Assembly (NCBI GenBank): GCA_013265495.1
Contig: MU057719.1
Location: forward strand, 620,001-684,000
Length of the DNA stretch: 64,000 nucleotides
DNA from: Vicugna vicugna
Taxonomy: Eukaryota
Direction of reading: 5' to 3'
Below, piece after piece: positions 1 through 13,000 of this stretch. Within the stretch, counting starts at the first letter, position 1. Every line of letters begins with the position of its first letter. The notes beneath the pieces are model-generated. The model did no database searches. It was not told the DNA's origin and saw only the letters and a list, made by a program, of their open reading frames with translations. The translations under genes were made by a program, and so were the position numbers.

Positions 1-79
1 AGTGACCCTCGCGGAATGGGGGGCGGTTTGTGCCGGCCCCAAGGGAACTGGTGGGTGGTTCGGTCGGCGCGTGTGCTGA

Positions 80-340
80 TTCAGTGAAATGTTTACCAAG
101 CACCTCCTTGGGTCAGGCGTGGAGGTCAGCGGAATTAAGAAGCGGGGTTTCTCCTGGGGAAGAGGCAGGCTCATCCACGGGCACTTACAGAGCAAGTGCA
201 GAAGCGGTGAGAGGGGTGCACTTCGTACAGGAGTGTCAGGGAGAGTCCCGGATCGCAGACCGGGCGGTGGAGCCCCGAAGGCCTCTTGGGGGAGGTGTCC
301 GATGACCTAAGTCTTGCAGATCAGAGGGGATGACTTGCTG
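80..340. mobile_element. Degenerate L2-like LINE fragment
   Basis: aaatgtttaccaagcacctcc... and gaaggcctcttggggaggtg...gacctaagtcttg resemble recalled L2 3' consensus. Confidence 0.4.
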
Positions 341-914
341 GCAAGATCATGAGCTGAAACAAAGGTTTATTACTGAACTACAAATTAAGCAGTAGCTTCC
401 TTGCTGGGTTGGTGAGTCCTGTCACAAACTTCGAGCCCCTCTGCTCCACTTCTTTGCCGCCTGGAAGGGAAGATGTTCACGTGTGAGCTCTGCACTTTGA
501 CCTTCACACTTCCTCTGCGAGGGCTGGGGGACCCTGGGCTGAGCCAGGAGTCCTCGGGCCTCCAGGTCACAGGTGTGGGCCGCGGGGGACGGGAGCGCAG
601 GCCCCAGGCTGGGCACGCCTGTTGATTGGCTGTGCAAAGATTCCCCAGGGCGATGTCTCACCTCAGGTCCCGGCGTGTGGCCCCTGCATTTACTCAAGGG
701 CTGCAGAAGCTGGGCGTGGTCACGGTGGGACCTTCTAGAAGCGCAGCAGGAAGGGCACCAGATGCTCCCCAGGCTGCCCGAGTGAAACTCACAGACACCC
801 CGGGAGGCAGGGGGTGCGCCCTGTCCTTAGACCAAGGGACTGAGGCCGAGAGGGAGTGGCTTGTGGTGGCGCTGACGGCCGCTCAGCCCTCTGACCTGCT
901 TCCCTCCTGTGCAG

Positions 915-1017
915 CGAACATGACGTGGGAGAGGACATCTACGACTGCGTCCCGTGCGAAGATGAAGGGGACGACATCTACGAGGACATCATCAAGGTGG
1001 AGGTGCAGCAGCCCATG
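915..1017 (+). CDS. VAV2: VAV2 exon 5, acidic region with regulatory tyrosines ([34 protein letters not shown])
   Basis: gcag acceptor 911-914; gtgagc donor 1018; 103 nt. Confidence 0.96.
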
Positions 1018-4000
1018 GTGAGCCCCTGCGCGCCCCGCCCGCCCTGCGCTGCGCCCCGCCCGCCCCGCGCCGCGTCACAGCCTCTGCGCTGACCCCAGCG
1101 TCTGAGCCACCAACAGGGAGCTGCACCGGGTCCTTCCCGGCCCCCATGGGGGTCCTCCCCTCGGGCCAGTCGGCCAGGAGCCCTTCTTCCCTCTGGAATG
1201 TTCTAGGGAGACTGTGACCGCCCCGGCACGACACCTCCCCAGACGCGCGGCCGTGGAAGTCTCTGAAGGGCGCCCGGGGCTCGTGGTCCTGCCCAGGGAG
1301 CCCAGGCAGTGACTTCTGCTGGTCTCAGCAGCCCGCACCCCTCCGCCCCTTTGTGCAGAGAGCGGCGAGCCGCCCTTGGCTCGGCTAGCCAGCTGCGCAT
1401 CTTTCAGGAGCGGGTGCTTCTTTCCAACGGGCGCTGGCTAATCATCTCTCGGACGCCTGTCTGCTGCAGCTCCATTGTGTCGCCCACAGCTGCCGAGCTG
1501 GGGGAGAGGGGGTGGCCCTGCTGGGCCAGGATGGGAGACGGGGACCTGGTGGGGCGGGCCACAGCCCCCTCACACCCCCAGGCTCCTGGGGCGGCCGAGA
1601 TGCCGCGTACCAACTGCAGAGGCTTTTGGTACCATTTGTTTTCACCCAAGAAATGGGGGAAATTTCTCAGAAAGCAAATTTCAGTGTTTTTCGTTGGTGT
1701 GGGAGTAACCAGCTGGGGATGGAGAAGCAGAATTCTGGGAGACAGCTCCCAGAGGCCTTTCAGAGGGGCTCCCCTGCCGGGAGAGGGGCAGGGGTGCTGG
1801 GCGGCGGCTCACAGCCTCCAGACTCTGCCGTCAAGGACGTTTTCTCATGTGGCCTCTCACGCGTCTGAAGGTGGGTTTCCTTCTCCATAGGTGCTAGGGA
1901 TCTCGCTCCGGAGGCAGCTGTGGGTCTGTGACCCCTGGTCTGCCCTCCCCCGGGCAGCCTTGCAGTGGGCAGCCCTGCTCCCGAGCCTTCCAGGGCAGTG
2001 GGCCACGAGGGCTGGAAGGCCAGGCTGGTGCCCGGCTGCAGGGGGCCCTGCTTAGCCTCCCTGGAGCTGCCCTGAAAGGCCGGCCTTCCGTCTTTGGCAG
2101 CAAGCTGAGACAGGCCACCGCACCCCCCGGGCCCTTTGGGACCTTGCTGTCCTGCAGGTCAAGCAAGGGCATGGGGTGTAGAGTTCTGGGTGGTTGTCTT
2201 GGGGACCGCCCCCAGCTGTGCAGACTCCCGAGAGACCCCGTCCGCCCGGCCTGTGGAGGCCCTAGGGGGCGCTCCCCAGAGCCTGCTGCTGTCCCTGGTC
2301 CTGAAGGCACACGGCAGGACCTGCGGGGCTGGGGCAGATGCCCGCCTGTGTGCTGGGGACAGGCCCACGTCCCACCTGCCCTGTGCTGCTTTGGGTCCCA
2401 GTGCTCGGTGCTGGACCCACGAGCTGTCCTGTCTGTCCAGGCAGGGTGGGCCTCCGGCCACCCACCAGGTCCTCTGACATAAAACAGCTGTTTTATTTCC
2501 TCCCCTCTCATGTCTGGGGCTCTCTGAACAGTCTAAGTGGGAGACACGAGGAAGGATGGTGTTTCCAAAGGAGGATAAAGCCAGGGGGTGGCAGGTGCCA
2601 CTCTCGGACCCCACCCAAGGGGAGGCTGCCCCGTGCTCGGTCCCGGCACTGTCCCTCCATCCCACCCAGCCAGGCCGATGCGCGGAGGGTGTGGTGTGAC
2701 CTCTGGGGCCGCTGGCAAAGTGTGCAGCCCCCTGGCCTCCCCCAAGCACAGCTTGAATGAGAATAAGCACTGCTAACTGGCTCTTTCTCCTGTTTCTTCC
2801 TTCACGCTTTCAGATTAGATACATGCAGGTAAGTGGCAGGTGGAGGAAGGCCGGGGTAAGTCCTGCCAGCGCCGCCTTCCTCCACCTTCAGGGAGGTCTC
2901 AGACCCCTTTGAAACAACTCAGGACCCTGTCCCCAGGGAGGTGCTGTCAGGCACACATCCTTACACAGTTTTGGGGGTCCTGGGCCCTCAGTGCCGCGTT
3001 CCCAGGCTGAGCCGGGCTTCGGGCCTTGGGAAGGTGTGATGTGCCCACCTGCACGTGCTGGAGGGGGCCGCTTCTGAGGGCCTCACGCCTGTCTGGTGGA
3101 GACCGAGATTCAGAAGTCTCTGACTGGTCCTCTGCACTGTCACCGGTGCCAGGCTCACGCCACGTCCCCTGCCCGTGCCTCAGTTTCCTCCGCTGCAGAA
3201 GGGAGGCAAGGGCCTGCCTGTCCCGCCTCCCGCCTGGCTGCACCCTTTCAGCTCGGCGACCCCACGGCCAGGCATGGGCGTCAGCAGGCGGTGGGCCTGG
3301 CGGGTCCTGGCTCATGTCCCGCATCCTTCCTCTAGAAAATGGGGATGACAGAGGACGACAAGAGGAGCTGCTGCTTGCTGGAGATTCAGGAGACTGAGGC
3401 CAAGTACTGCCGGACCCTGGAGGACATTGAGAAGGTGGGCGTGGGCCTTGGCCACCGGGTCCCTGTCTCCAGGCAGGGCCTCGGGGCGACGGTGGTGGAG
3501 GGGGTGCGCGGTGGCCCTCTCGGTTTCGTAGCCAAAAAGTAGGTCGCCCTCACCTTTCCTCTGCCCTCTGCCCTCCCCACAAGCTCCATCCAGGTCAGTT
3601 TCCGTGTCAGCCGCCACGTCGGCCGGGGTCCCACCTCCCGTCCCTCGGCCTCAGCTCTGGCCCTGGGCTGTCCTGAGCGGGTCTCTGCAGTTCTTCCCAG
3701 CCTAAGCCCAGCGTCACTGCGGCTCATTTTTTTATGTTTGCGCCCTCACCCAGAGCTAAGCACCTTCTGTATGCTCTCAGCCAGGCAAGGCCCTGAGCTA
3801 AGCTCCTTACACATACCTTCTCAGCTGGGCGCTCTGCACCCGGCCTCCCCTCTGTAAGTGGGAGACGGCAGTGCCCCCTGTAGGTGGCTGTGAGTGGCCT
3901 GCACCTGGGACATAGCTGGGCCCGATGACGTGAGTCTTTGGAACCCCCGAGGCTGACCCTGCGCTCCCCTAAGTGGCTGGTCAGTGCTGTCTCCGCGCCG

Positions 4001-7000
4001 GCCTGCCCAGTTCCTGCAGGACCACAGTGGGCCTCCTCCCCTGCCCCGTCCTGGCCTCCAGTGGGCGCTGGCTTGACGCCATTTCCCTGTCACTGGGGCG
4101 TCCTCACTGCCAGCTGCTGGTGCTTACTGGGGTGAAGGAAGCAGGATCGTTCTTGAGGTAGAACCTCCCTGCCTAGCCCGGGTCACAGCGCAGGGCCACC
4201 TGTGGCCGTGATGGGGATACCAGGGGGGGTCCCCACTGTTTAGGGCCCTGTGGAGCCTCCAGCCAGGAGTCCTAAGATGCCCCTTGGCCCCAGGTCTCTG
4301 ACCTTTCCCCTCCTCCTCCCCCACCCAACCCTCGCCCTTCAGGCCCCCGCCTGCTAGCCTTTCCGCAGACACGTCATCCCAGCTGCACCCTGCCCACCCC
4401 TCCCCCAGCAGACCCTCTCCTTCGAGTCCGGCTCCCGGGTCAGCTCCTTCCAGGGCCCCGCAGGCTCTACACAGCCCGAGTCCCGTGGCAGAAAAACTGT
4501 CTCCACCCCTGGAACGCGGCCTTGGAGGGCAGGCGCGGCCCGTGGCAGGCACAGTGCACGTCGGGGGTTGAGCTCGGGGCGTGTGGTGTGCTGGACACTC
4601 TTGGGAACAACCACGTTTGTAATCCTCCCCTGACCACCCCAAGGGACACTGCTGTCCCCATGTCACAGGTGAGGAAACCGAGCCGGAGAGGCCAGTGCCT
4701 GCACGGCGGCCCAGGATCGGTCCAGGGGGCAGGACCCTGCTGGAGAAGGGGCAGAGAGAGGGGAGGGTTCCTGCAGGGGCTTCCGGGGCAGGGGCTGAGC
4801 TCCACGTGTGGGCACCTCGTCCGAGTCTGGGCTCAGAGCCTCAGGCAGAAGCGCCCCCGCCACTGGGGGCTTACTGGGCTGGGCAGTGCCTCTTCTGATG
4901 GCAGGCTTAGGGGTACACTCCGGAGTGCAGACTCAGGAACTAGTGGGCATCGTGGCCCTGTCTCCATCCTAAGGTAGAGCCCTGGGCGACGCCCTCTCCT
5001 CCCGGGGAGCCCCAGCAGCAGTGGCAAAGCCCAGCCAGGGGTCTGTAGGGTTGAGGTCCAGTGGCTCGTGCGCGGGGCCCTCCGTGCAGCCTGCCCCCCC
5101 GGTGGGCAGTGTGCTTGCCTGGATGCTCAGGCCGATCCCACCCGGGCCTGCACGTCCCGCACTGTGCTCGCCCTTCAGGGTGGTGCCCGGACCTCCCCAG
5201 GAGGCATGCGCTCTCCGGTCAGCACTGAGCTGTGTGCCGGGCTGAGGAGCTGCCCTGCGGGGAGCCCCATCCGCGGACCCTTGACGGGGGGACTGCGGCG
5301 CCACGGGATGCTGCCTGCCGGTCACCCGTCTGCTCGGAGGGTGTTGGAGCCCCTCCCACTGGAGACTGTGGTCTGGAAGGTGATTGGTGTCCCCTAGGGC
5401 GGGACGGCAGTGATGGGGTTCTCTCTTGCAGAACTACATGACCCCCCTGAGACTGGTGCTGAGCCCGGCGGACATGGCAGCTGTCTTCATCAACCTGGAG
5501 GTGAGGGCCCCCCACCCCAGCTCGCCGCGTGCAGGCTGTGGTTCCTGAGCTGCTGGGGCTTCAGGCCAGCTCCAGCCTGACCATCCCCAGGGGTCCCCGA
5601 GGGCTGATCCCTGGGGGTCCCGGAGGGCTGGTTCTTGCCAGTTGCATGATTGGTCCTGGCTAAAGGGTGTTTTGGGGGCCGACAGATGGGAAGAGAGCGG
5701 CCGCCCTTCCCTCCAGAGTCTTTGGTTTTAGGGGATGGGAGTTTCTGGGCGCTTCCCCCGCCCGCTGCCTGTGCTGGTGGCACACCTCAGACGCACTCAC
5801 CCTGGAGAAAGCGTGAGGTTTTGTCAGCAGCCAGAGAGAAATGTGCCCGCCCCACCTCGCTGGGCAGAGACCTAGCTGTGCTGCTCTGCGGAGCCTGAGC
5901 ACGGACATGGGACGGCGAGTCCTTGTGAGGAGGCCCCCCGTGACGCGGTCGGCAGAGCAGGGCGGCGCGCGTGGCCGGGCTTCCCCTGGGGGCGCTGGCC
6001 CTGCTCCCTGCAGGATGCCAGCAGCTGGTGTGGCAGCTCCCGTGGCTCCCCGGCCCCTCATCAGCTCCAGGGGTGGGCGCTGCTCACCTCCTGGCGAGGC
6101 TGATGCAGACCCTGGATTTTCGTTCCCTCTGTGCTCCCGACCTGGGGTTCATCCTGCCATGAACAGTGGCAAAATGACCACAGGCAGAAGGGGGGCCCGG
6201 GTGGGGGGCCGGGGGGCCGAGGGGCTGCCTGTAACACACTTCTCCGGGGCTGAAGCCCTGACTCCTCGGTGGGGAGACTTCATCCCTCTGAGCCTGTGGG
6301 CCCTTCACTCCCTCGCACAGCGGGCGGGTCCCCAGGATGCTGGCTGGGGACATTGTCCCTTTCTGGCACCAGAGCCTGCCCGGGGTCGGGTACCACGTGT
6401 CTGGACAGGCTGATGCGGGCTGCAGACGGCTGCTCTCAGACTGCGGTGGGGCTTCCATGAGCTCAGGGCTCCGTGCACGCCCATCACCAAGCACCTTCTA
6501 GTGAACAGCACAGGGCGTTTCTGTGGAGGGTGCACCCCCTGCCCGGCCGCTCGCGTGACATCCTTCATCAGAACAACGGGTCTGGATGAGTGTGGCGGAA
6601 GAGCGTGTGTGCTCTCCCGGCCCCCGTGCCTGTTCACACACCTACTGCTTTTCCTCCCAGGATGTCATTAAGGTGCATCACAGTTTCCTGAGGGCCATCG
6701 ACGTGTCCATGATGGCGGGGGGCAGCACTCTGGCCAAGGTCTTCCTGGACTTCAAGGAAAGGTGAGTGGCAGGCCTGCCCTGCCACCCTCCCTGTCTGCA
6801 GGGCCTCAGGAGCTTCCAGGCGTCCCTTTAGTTCTGCCCCGGGGTCAGGGCAGAGCTGGCAGGGCCACTTCACCCAGTTTACGGCGTGTGGTGGTGTCTG
6901 AGGCGGGGGCGGCGCCCGCCACCCCGTCCTCACTTGTAAACTGCCCTCACAGCCTGGATGGGAGGGGCCGCTCGGGGGTCCCGCAGCCCCTCCACCTCTA

Positions 7001-10000
7001 TTCCTGGGGGTCTCGGTGGCTGACGGGCATCGAGCCATCACGGTGCCCCTGCTGCACTCCAGGTCCCGGGGAAACTGGGCTCTGGGACAGTCTGTCCCTG
7101 CGTGCTGGGCCCGGGTTGGGGGTGGCATGGAGCAGCTGTGCAGGCCTGAGAGAGGGGTCGGGGCTGCAGGGGACTGGCTGGGAGCCCAGGCTCCGGGTCC
7201 TCAGGGCCGAGGCCAAGTCCCTCTTCCTTGCCCGTGGGTGACACTGCACCCTGGCTTCTTCATCGGTCGGTCAGGGACAAGGATGGCGTCTGTGCCACTC
7301 TGTGCTGTGAGGGTGCACAGAGGGCAGTCCTGGGCTGTGAGCACGCCGGTCCACACCCAGCGAAGGCCTGGCAGGCGGAGGGGCCGGACCTGGGTGTCCA
7401 GGCCGGGCTGCACGCGGCAGCAGCGGGCAGGGATTTGCAGCCATCCTGGCAGAAATCGGCTTCAGCCCTGGACGTAGTGGGGCGGTGGTTCTGGGGCCGT
7501 GATGCACAGAGCCCTGGTCTCATCCGGCTCCCGGCAGCTTCGGGGCAAATGTCCGTGGAGCCCGAGGGGCTGAAGATGCTCTCATCAGAATCCCAGGTGG
7601 TCCCCCACCCCAGGCTGGTGCCCAAGTGGTCAGGCTGAGTCTAGATGTGGAGAGGGCCCAGCCTCCATCCCGCCAGAAGGTCACCCCTGGTAACTGTGCC
7701 CGTGAGTGAGTGGGACCCTCGTCCAGAATCACACTGTTGACGCAGGAGGGTGACAGCTCCTGGGAACCACTGCAGGGACTTTTTTTTTTTTTTTAACTGC
7801 ATTGCTGTTTTGTGGTCTTCGTCAGTCTGTGTGATTCTTTGCCTTAAACCAGCCCCTCTGTCCCCCAAGTTGATGGTGGGGGTGCCGAGCCAGACTTCTA
7901 TTCTCCACAATGTCTTGCTGGAGCCTGGTGGGGGAGGACTGGGATTCTGGAAGCTTCTGACCAAGTGTGAGGGGACAGCTGTCAGTCTGGCTCTGCTGTC
8001 CCAACGGAGGCCTTGGCCCCTGCTTCCCTCTCTCACACCTCAGCAGCTGGTTCTCCAAGACGGGGCTGCTGACAGGGACGAAGCCAGTCTACGCGGAGTG
8101 CTCGCAAGATGCTGGCGTTGCAGGGGGCTGGGGGGGAGATGGTGGGTTCAGCGGCTGGCGTCTCAAGGGATCCATCAGGAGACGGCGCCTCGCTTTCTGT
8201 CCCTTGTAGAATCTCTGAAGGAGCCGGAAGGTTCTCCCTTCGTGGTTCCTCTGCCTGGCTGCTCAGCGGTGCCACCTGGGAGCTTGTTAAAAATACCAAT
8301 TCCTGGGGTCTGATGGGGGGTCGGGGTCCTGGGAGCTGGAGGAGGCCCCCCGGGGGCTGGTGGGGCCGTGGCTCCGTCCCGTCCTCCTCTGCAGGAGCGC
8401 CCCCTGCACTGCCCACCAGGTCCCTCAGCTCAGCTCACAGCCCTCCCTGCCCAGGGCCGGGTGCTCAGGTGCTCTCCCCAGGTGTCCTGAAGCCCCAGGC
8501 AAGGAGCCGTGTCCCCCGGAGCAGGCACGGGTCCTCGAGCCTGCTCCCTAAGGGGCCGTGGGTCGGGGGGCTCCCGGGGCCATGAGGGAGCCAGCAGTGC
8601 CCGCGAACAGGTGGCAGCGGTAGCCAGAGGAGCGCAGACAGGCTTTCTCCAGGCACCAGCAGGAGGTGGGCGCGTGCCGGCGGCCCCAGCGGTGGGGATG
8701 CAGGTGGGGCTGGGGGCCAGGCTGGCTCCCTAGCCTGCCATCTGTCCCCGAGGAGGTTTTCCTCTCACCTGGCTGCAAGCCCACGGGCCAGGTGAGCCCA
8801 TGGAGCCCGGCTGGTGGCCTCGAGCTGCCGTCAGACCTCACCCTCGCCCAGGTGGCGGGCACAGCAGCCACTTCTCAGTGCCTGATGAGCGCTGCTCCTT
8901 GGCTGTGGGGTGCGGGTGGGAAGAAGGCTGAAGCCAGACTGGCTCCGAGGCCCGGTGCCCAGGCTGGAGGGCAGGAATGGCACAGATGGACGGCCTGCCT
9001 GCCCCCGGGACCCTCCACCTCCCTGGCACACGGGCTCGGCTGCCCATCCTGTCCTGCGGTCCAGTGTGCTTTAGGCCCAGTGCCATCCTCTGTGCACAAC
9101 CTTGGGCTGACCTGCCCCCGGGCCTCCTTTCCACCTTTGAGCATTGCGGTGAGCGGAGTGCATCCTGGCACCAGGAGCTCTGCCGACAGTCACCGCCCAG
9201 CCAGGCGTCGGGGGCCCAGCCCTCTTGTCGGGGTCCCTTTGGGAGCAGGGCTGGCTGTATTTTATCAGAGCTCATTTGCCAAAATCACTGGGTCCACCCC
9301 AGCGTCCACCTTTTCTGTTGCCTCCCCTTTTTAAATTGAAATATAGTCAGTTTACAATGTTGTGTCAGTTTCTGGTGTACAGCACAGTGTTTCAATCATC
9401 TATTCGTTTTCATGTCCTTTTTCATGATGGGTTATTATAAGATATTAAATATATACTGTTATATACACTGTAGAAACTTATCTATTTTATATATAGTTCA
9501 GTACTTGTAAATTTTGAACTCCCAGTTTATCCCTTCCCACTCCCTTTCTCCCCTGATAACCATAAGTTTGTTTTCTATGTTTCTGAGTCTGTTTCTGTCT
9601 AATAAATAAGTTCACTTGTGTCTTTTTTTTAACTCCTCATATAATTCATATTACATGGTAATTTTCTTTCTCTTTCTGGCTTATTTTACTTAGAATGACG
9701 ATCTCCAGGTCCATCCATGTTGCTGCAAATGGCACTGTTTTATTCTTTTTCTTGGCTGAGTAGTATTCCATTGTACATGTACACCACAATGTCTTTATCC
9801 AGTCATCTGTCAGTGGACTTTCCTTTTTATTTCTAGTTTTATTTCGATCCCTGAGTCCTCGAAGGCCCTGACATCCGCTGGCTCACCAATTCCACCAGCA
9901 TTTATGATGCCTGTTCTGTGTGGCTCCTGAGCTCTGGGCCAAGGACACCATGGTGAACAGAGCAGGCTCTGCTCTTCCTGGGAAACAAGTCCACAGACAA

Positions 10001-13000
10001 AAGACTTCTCATGAGCTGTGATAGTGGCTGAGAGACGGGGAGGGGGATCAGCGAGGTGGGGAGGGGGCTGGTATGTATCAGAGGATAGGGACCCCCAAGG
10101 TCCCAGGTGGGAAGAGACCACCTCTGGAGAGCTGGGGGCAGCAGAAGCAGAGGGCAAGGCCCTGGCCAGGGATTGGAGCTCTGACTATTTTGGGAACTGG
10201 CAGAGGCCAGAGGAGCAGGGTTAAGGGCACAAAGTGGAGGTTCTCCAAGGAGCAGTTGCAAGGTTCTGCGGGCTTTGGTAGGCCAAGATAGGGATTTAGT
10301 TTTTTTTTAACGAGAGCAGGAGAAACCATCGAGGAATTCGAGTGGCAAGATCTGAGCAGCTCAACACGGATGAAGGGTGGTGTAGCATCTGAGCACAGTA
10401 TGATCAGCACCGAGTGCAGAGGACAGTCACCTCCTTCTTTTTGGAGGTTATACTTCCATTAATGCAGCCTTGGTCCTCAGACAAGGCAGACAGATGCTCC
10501 TGTGAGCCTTGCCACGTGGGAGTGAAGGAGACATCTCCCACACAGAGGGAGCTGGCTCTGGGGAGGAGTTTGCATTAAAGTCCATTGTTTGTATTCAGAG
10601 CTGAGGCTGCCCATGGTGGCGGAGCCTGACCTCTGGTGGGTCAGGGAGTCAGGCAGGTTGGACGTGGGGCGGAAGGACCAGGAAGGACGCCAGCCTTCCG
10701 GGGAAGGCAGGAGACTGGCTGTCGGGGGCACTGCTGTGGGGCCTCGCGCAGGTCTTGTCAGGAGGAACGTCATCTGGAACACGATGAACAGCAGGTCCCC
10801 CCACCCGTCCCCCCGATGACGGGACCCTGTGGGATTTCCATGAGGGTCTGGGGAGAGGCTCTGGGCAGGTGAGTGCTTTGGCGCTCTGTGGCCTCTCCTT
10901 GCTCTAGTGTTAGACTCTGGCTGTGCCTTCCATTCGTGGGGTCCAGGGTCTCAGGGGCCCGTCATCTCAGAGCCCGAGGTTGGGTGTCCTGCATGGACAC
11001 AGCCCTCCCGTATCTCAGCGCCCACAGCTCCTGCCGGGGTTCGCATGGCTCCCTGTCTGGAGGGCTGCCCCGGACCCTCAGCTGGAGAGGCCTGTAGCTC
11101 CCACTCTGTCGATACCTTTGCTGGACGGCGAAGCTGAGGACGGGTGGGGGCCCTGGTCAGCGCTCAGACGTGCTGCGGTGTGGATGGAGGGTGAAGGGGT
11201 CAGTGTGAGCGTCCTGGGGCAGTGGTAACCACGGATCTCAAAGTTGGCGGCGTCAAACAACAGAAATTTCGTTCTTTCTCAGTTTTGGAGGCCAGCATCC
11301 AAGCCAGGGTCCCTGGGCCACGGTCCTTCCTGCCTCTTCCAGCCCCGGGGGGCCCGTGGCGTCCTTGGCTTGTGGCCGAATTGTTGTAGCCTCTGTTCCG
11401 TCCTCACACGGCTTCTCCTCTGTGCCTCCGCCTTTTCTCTCTTGCAAGGACACTCTCGTTGGATTTAGGGCCCACCTTAGCCCAGTATGGCCTCAGTTCA
11501 GTCTTCACTGTAATTACGTCTGCAAAGACTCCCTTTCCTTTTTTTTTAATTGAAGTATAGTCAGTTTACAGAGTTGTGCTAATTGCTGGTGTGCAGCACA
11601 GTGATACAGTTATAAGTGAATATATACATGTACACCTTTTCATATTCTTTCCTTATAGACTATTACAAGATACTGAATGCAGTTCCCTGTGCTGTACGGG
11701 AGGACCTCGTTGTTCCTCTGTTTTATATCTAGTGGTTAGTGCCTGCAAATCTCAAACTCCCGGCTCATCCCTCCCCACTCCCTTCCCCTTGGTAACCGTA
11801 GGTTTGTTTTCTGTCTGTGAGTCTGTTTCTGTTCTGTAAATACGTTCGTTTGTGTGCAAGTATGGTTCTCTCCCGAGGCTCCTGGTGGACGTGGCTTTGG
11901 GCTCCCCCATTCGGCCCAGTACAGGGCATCCCTGGCTGGCCAGCTGAGTCCCTGTGCAGTCCCACCCCTCCATCTCAGGCTGCCCACAAGGTCAGCAGGG
12001 GGCTGTGTGTCTGCTCTGCAGTTGGACGGGGATGCAAGAGGGTCCGGCCCTGGAGTGTTGTCCAAGGGACTCAGGAGAGACCACTGCAGCCTCGCCGTGT
12101 GGCCGGGAAGGCTGGGCTCGGGCACCACATGGCTCGTGGGTTTGCTCTGGGACCCGGCCGGCTCACTGCCTTACTGGTGACCTAGGAGTCCTGTCGAGTC
12201 TCAGAGGCTGGAAGTGGTGCATCGGTGAGGACGAGGTGTGGCTGCATCGCAGGGTCTGGGCTGTACGTGGCCGCGGTGCGGTCTCCTCCTCACCTACTTA
12301 CAGATGAGGAGAACGGCAGGAGGCTTGTGGTCACAGCTGCTCGGCATGTGCACGCGTGAGGGCCTGTGCAGGCCGGGGCTCCAGGCTGGATGCTGGGACG
12401 CGGGGAGGAAGGAGACCCGTCCCGGGGCTCGGAGCCGGTGCGGAGGTGGGGGTGCCCCGTCCCCTTTGCGCGTGCCACCTGCCCGGACAGGCCTCTGCCC
12501 CGCTGCTCCCTGCCCATTCCATACTTCTCTGTCTGGCCCCACTGAACCAGGGGACAGAGTGGGGAGTGGAAGGGACGCAGCGGGAAATGATAGGGCAGGG
12601 TTTTGACAGATGAGAACAAGTTTGCTGGCTGGAGAAGGCTGCCAGCCCAGGCTGATGCTGTGGGGAAAGCAGGGTTGGGATCTGCTCTCCGCACACCTTG
12701 TCTGCCAAAACCTCGGGCTCAGCTGAGCCTGGGGAGTGTGGAAGCTAAGGGGGCCCCCAAAAGGCTGGCTTGGCCGCTCCAGAGCTGTGGGGCCCCGGGC
12801 ATTTGGGATGAGGTCTGCAGAGCACGGGGAGTGCGTGGGGGCCCTGAGAGAGAGCAGGAGGCAGGGGCCTTTGTGACCTGGAAAGTGAGGCGTCTGCTGG
12901 GCTGCGATCAGCGTTTTCGCTGCCCACGCAGATTTTCCTTGATGTGGGTGTCCAGGCCGTCACCCGTCAGCTCACCTCAAACAACTTGCACAGAAACCTC

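Noticed and set aside
3405-3413. KYCR versus recalled human KYYR in the DH N-terminal helix
   Set aside because: The conserved TExxY tyrosine is intact. The changed position varies among Vav paralogues, and the comparison is from memory.
10403-10430. Split REST/RE1-like half sites (tcagcacc...ggacag)
   Set aside because: Non-canonical spacing and poor right half; lies at the edge of repeat-derived sequence.
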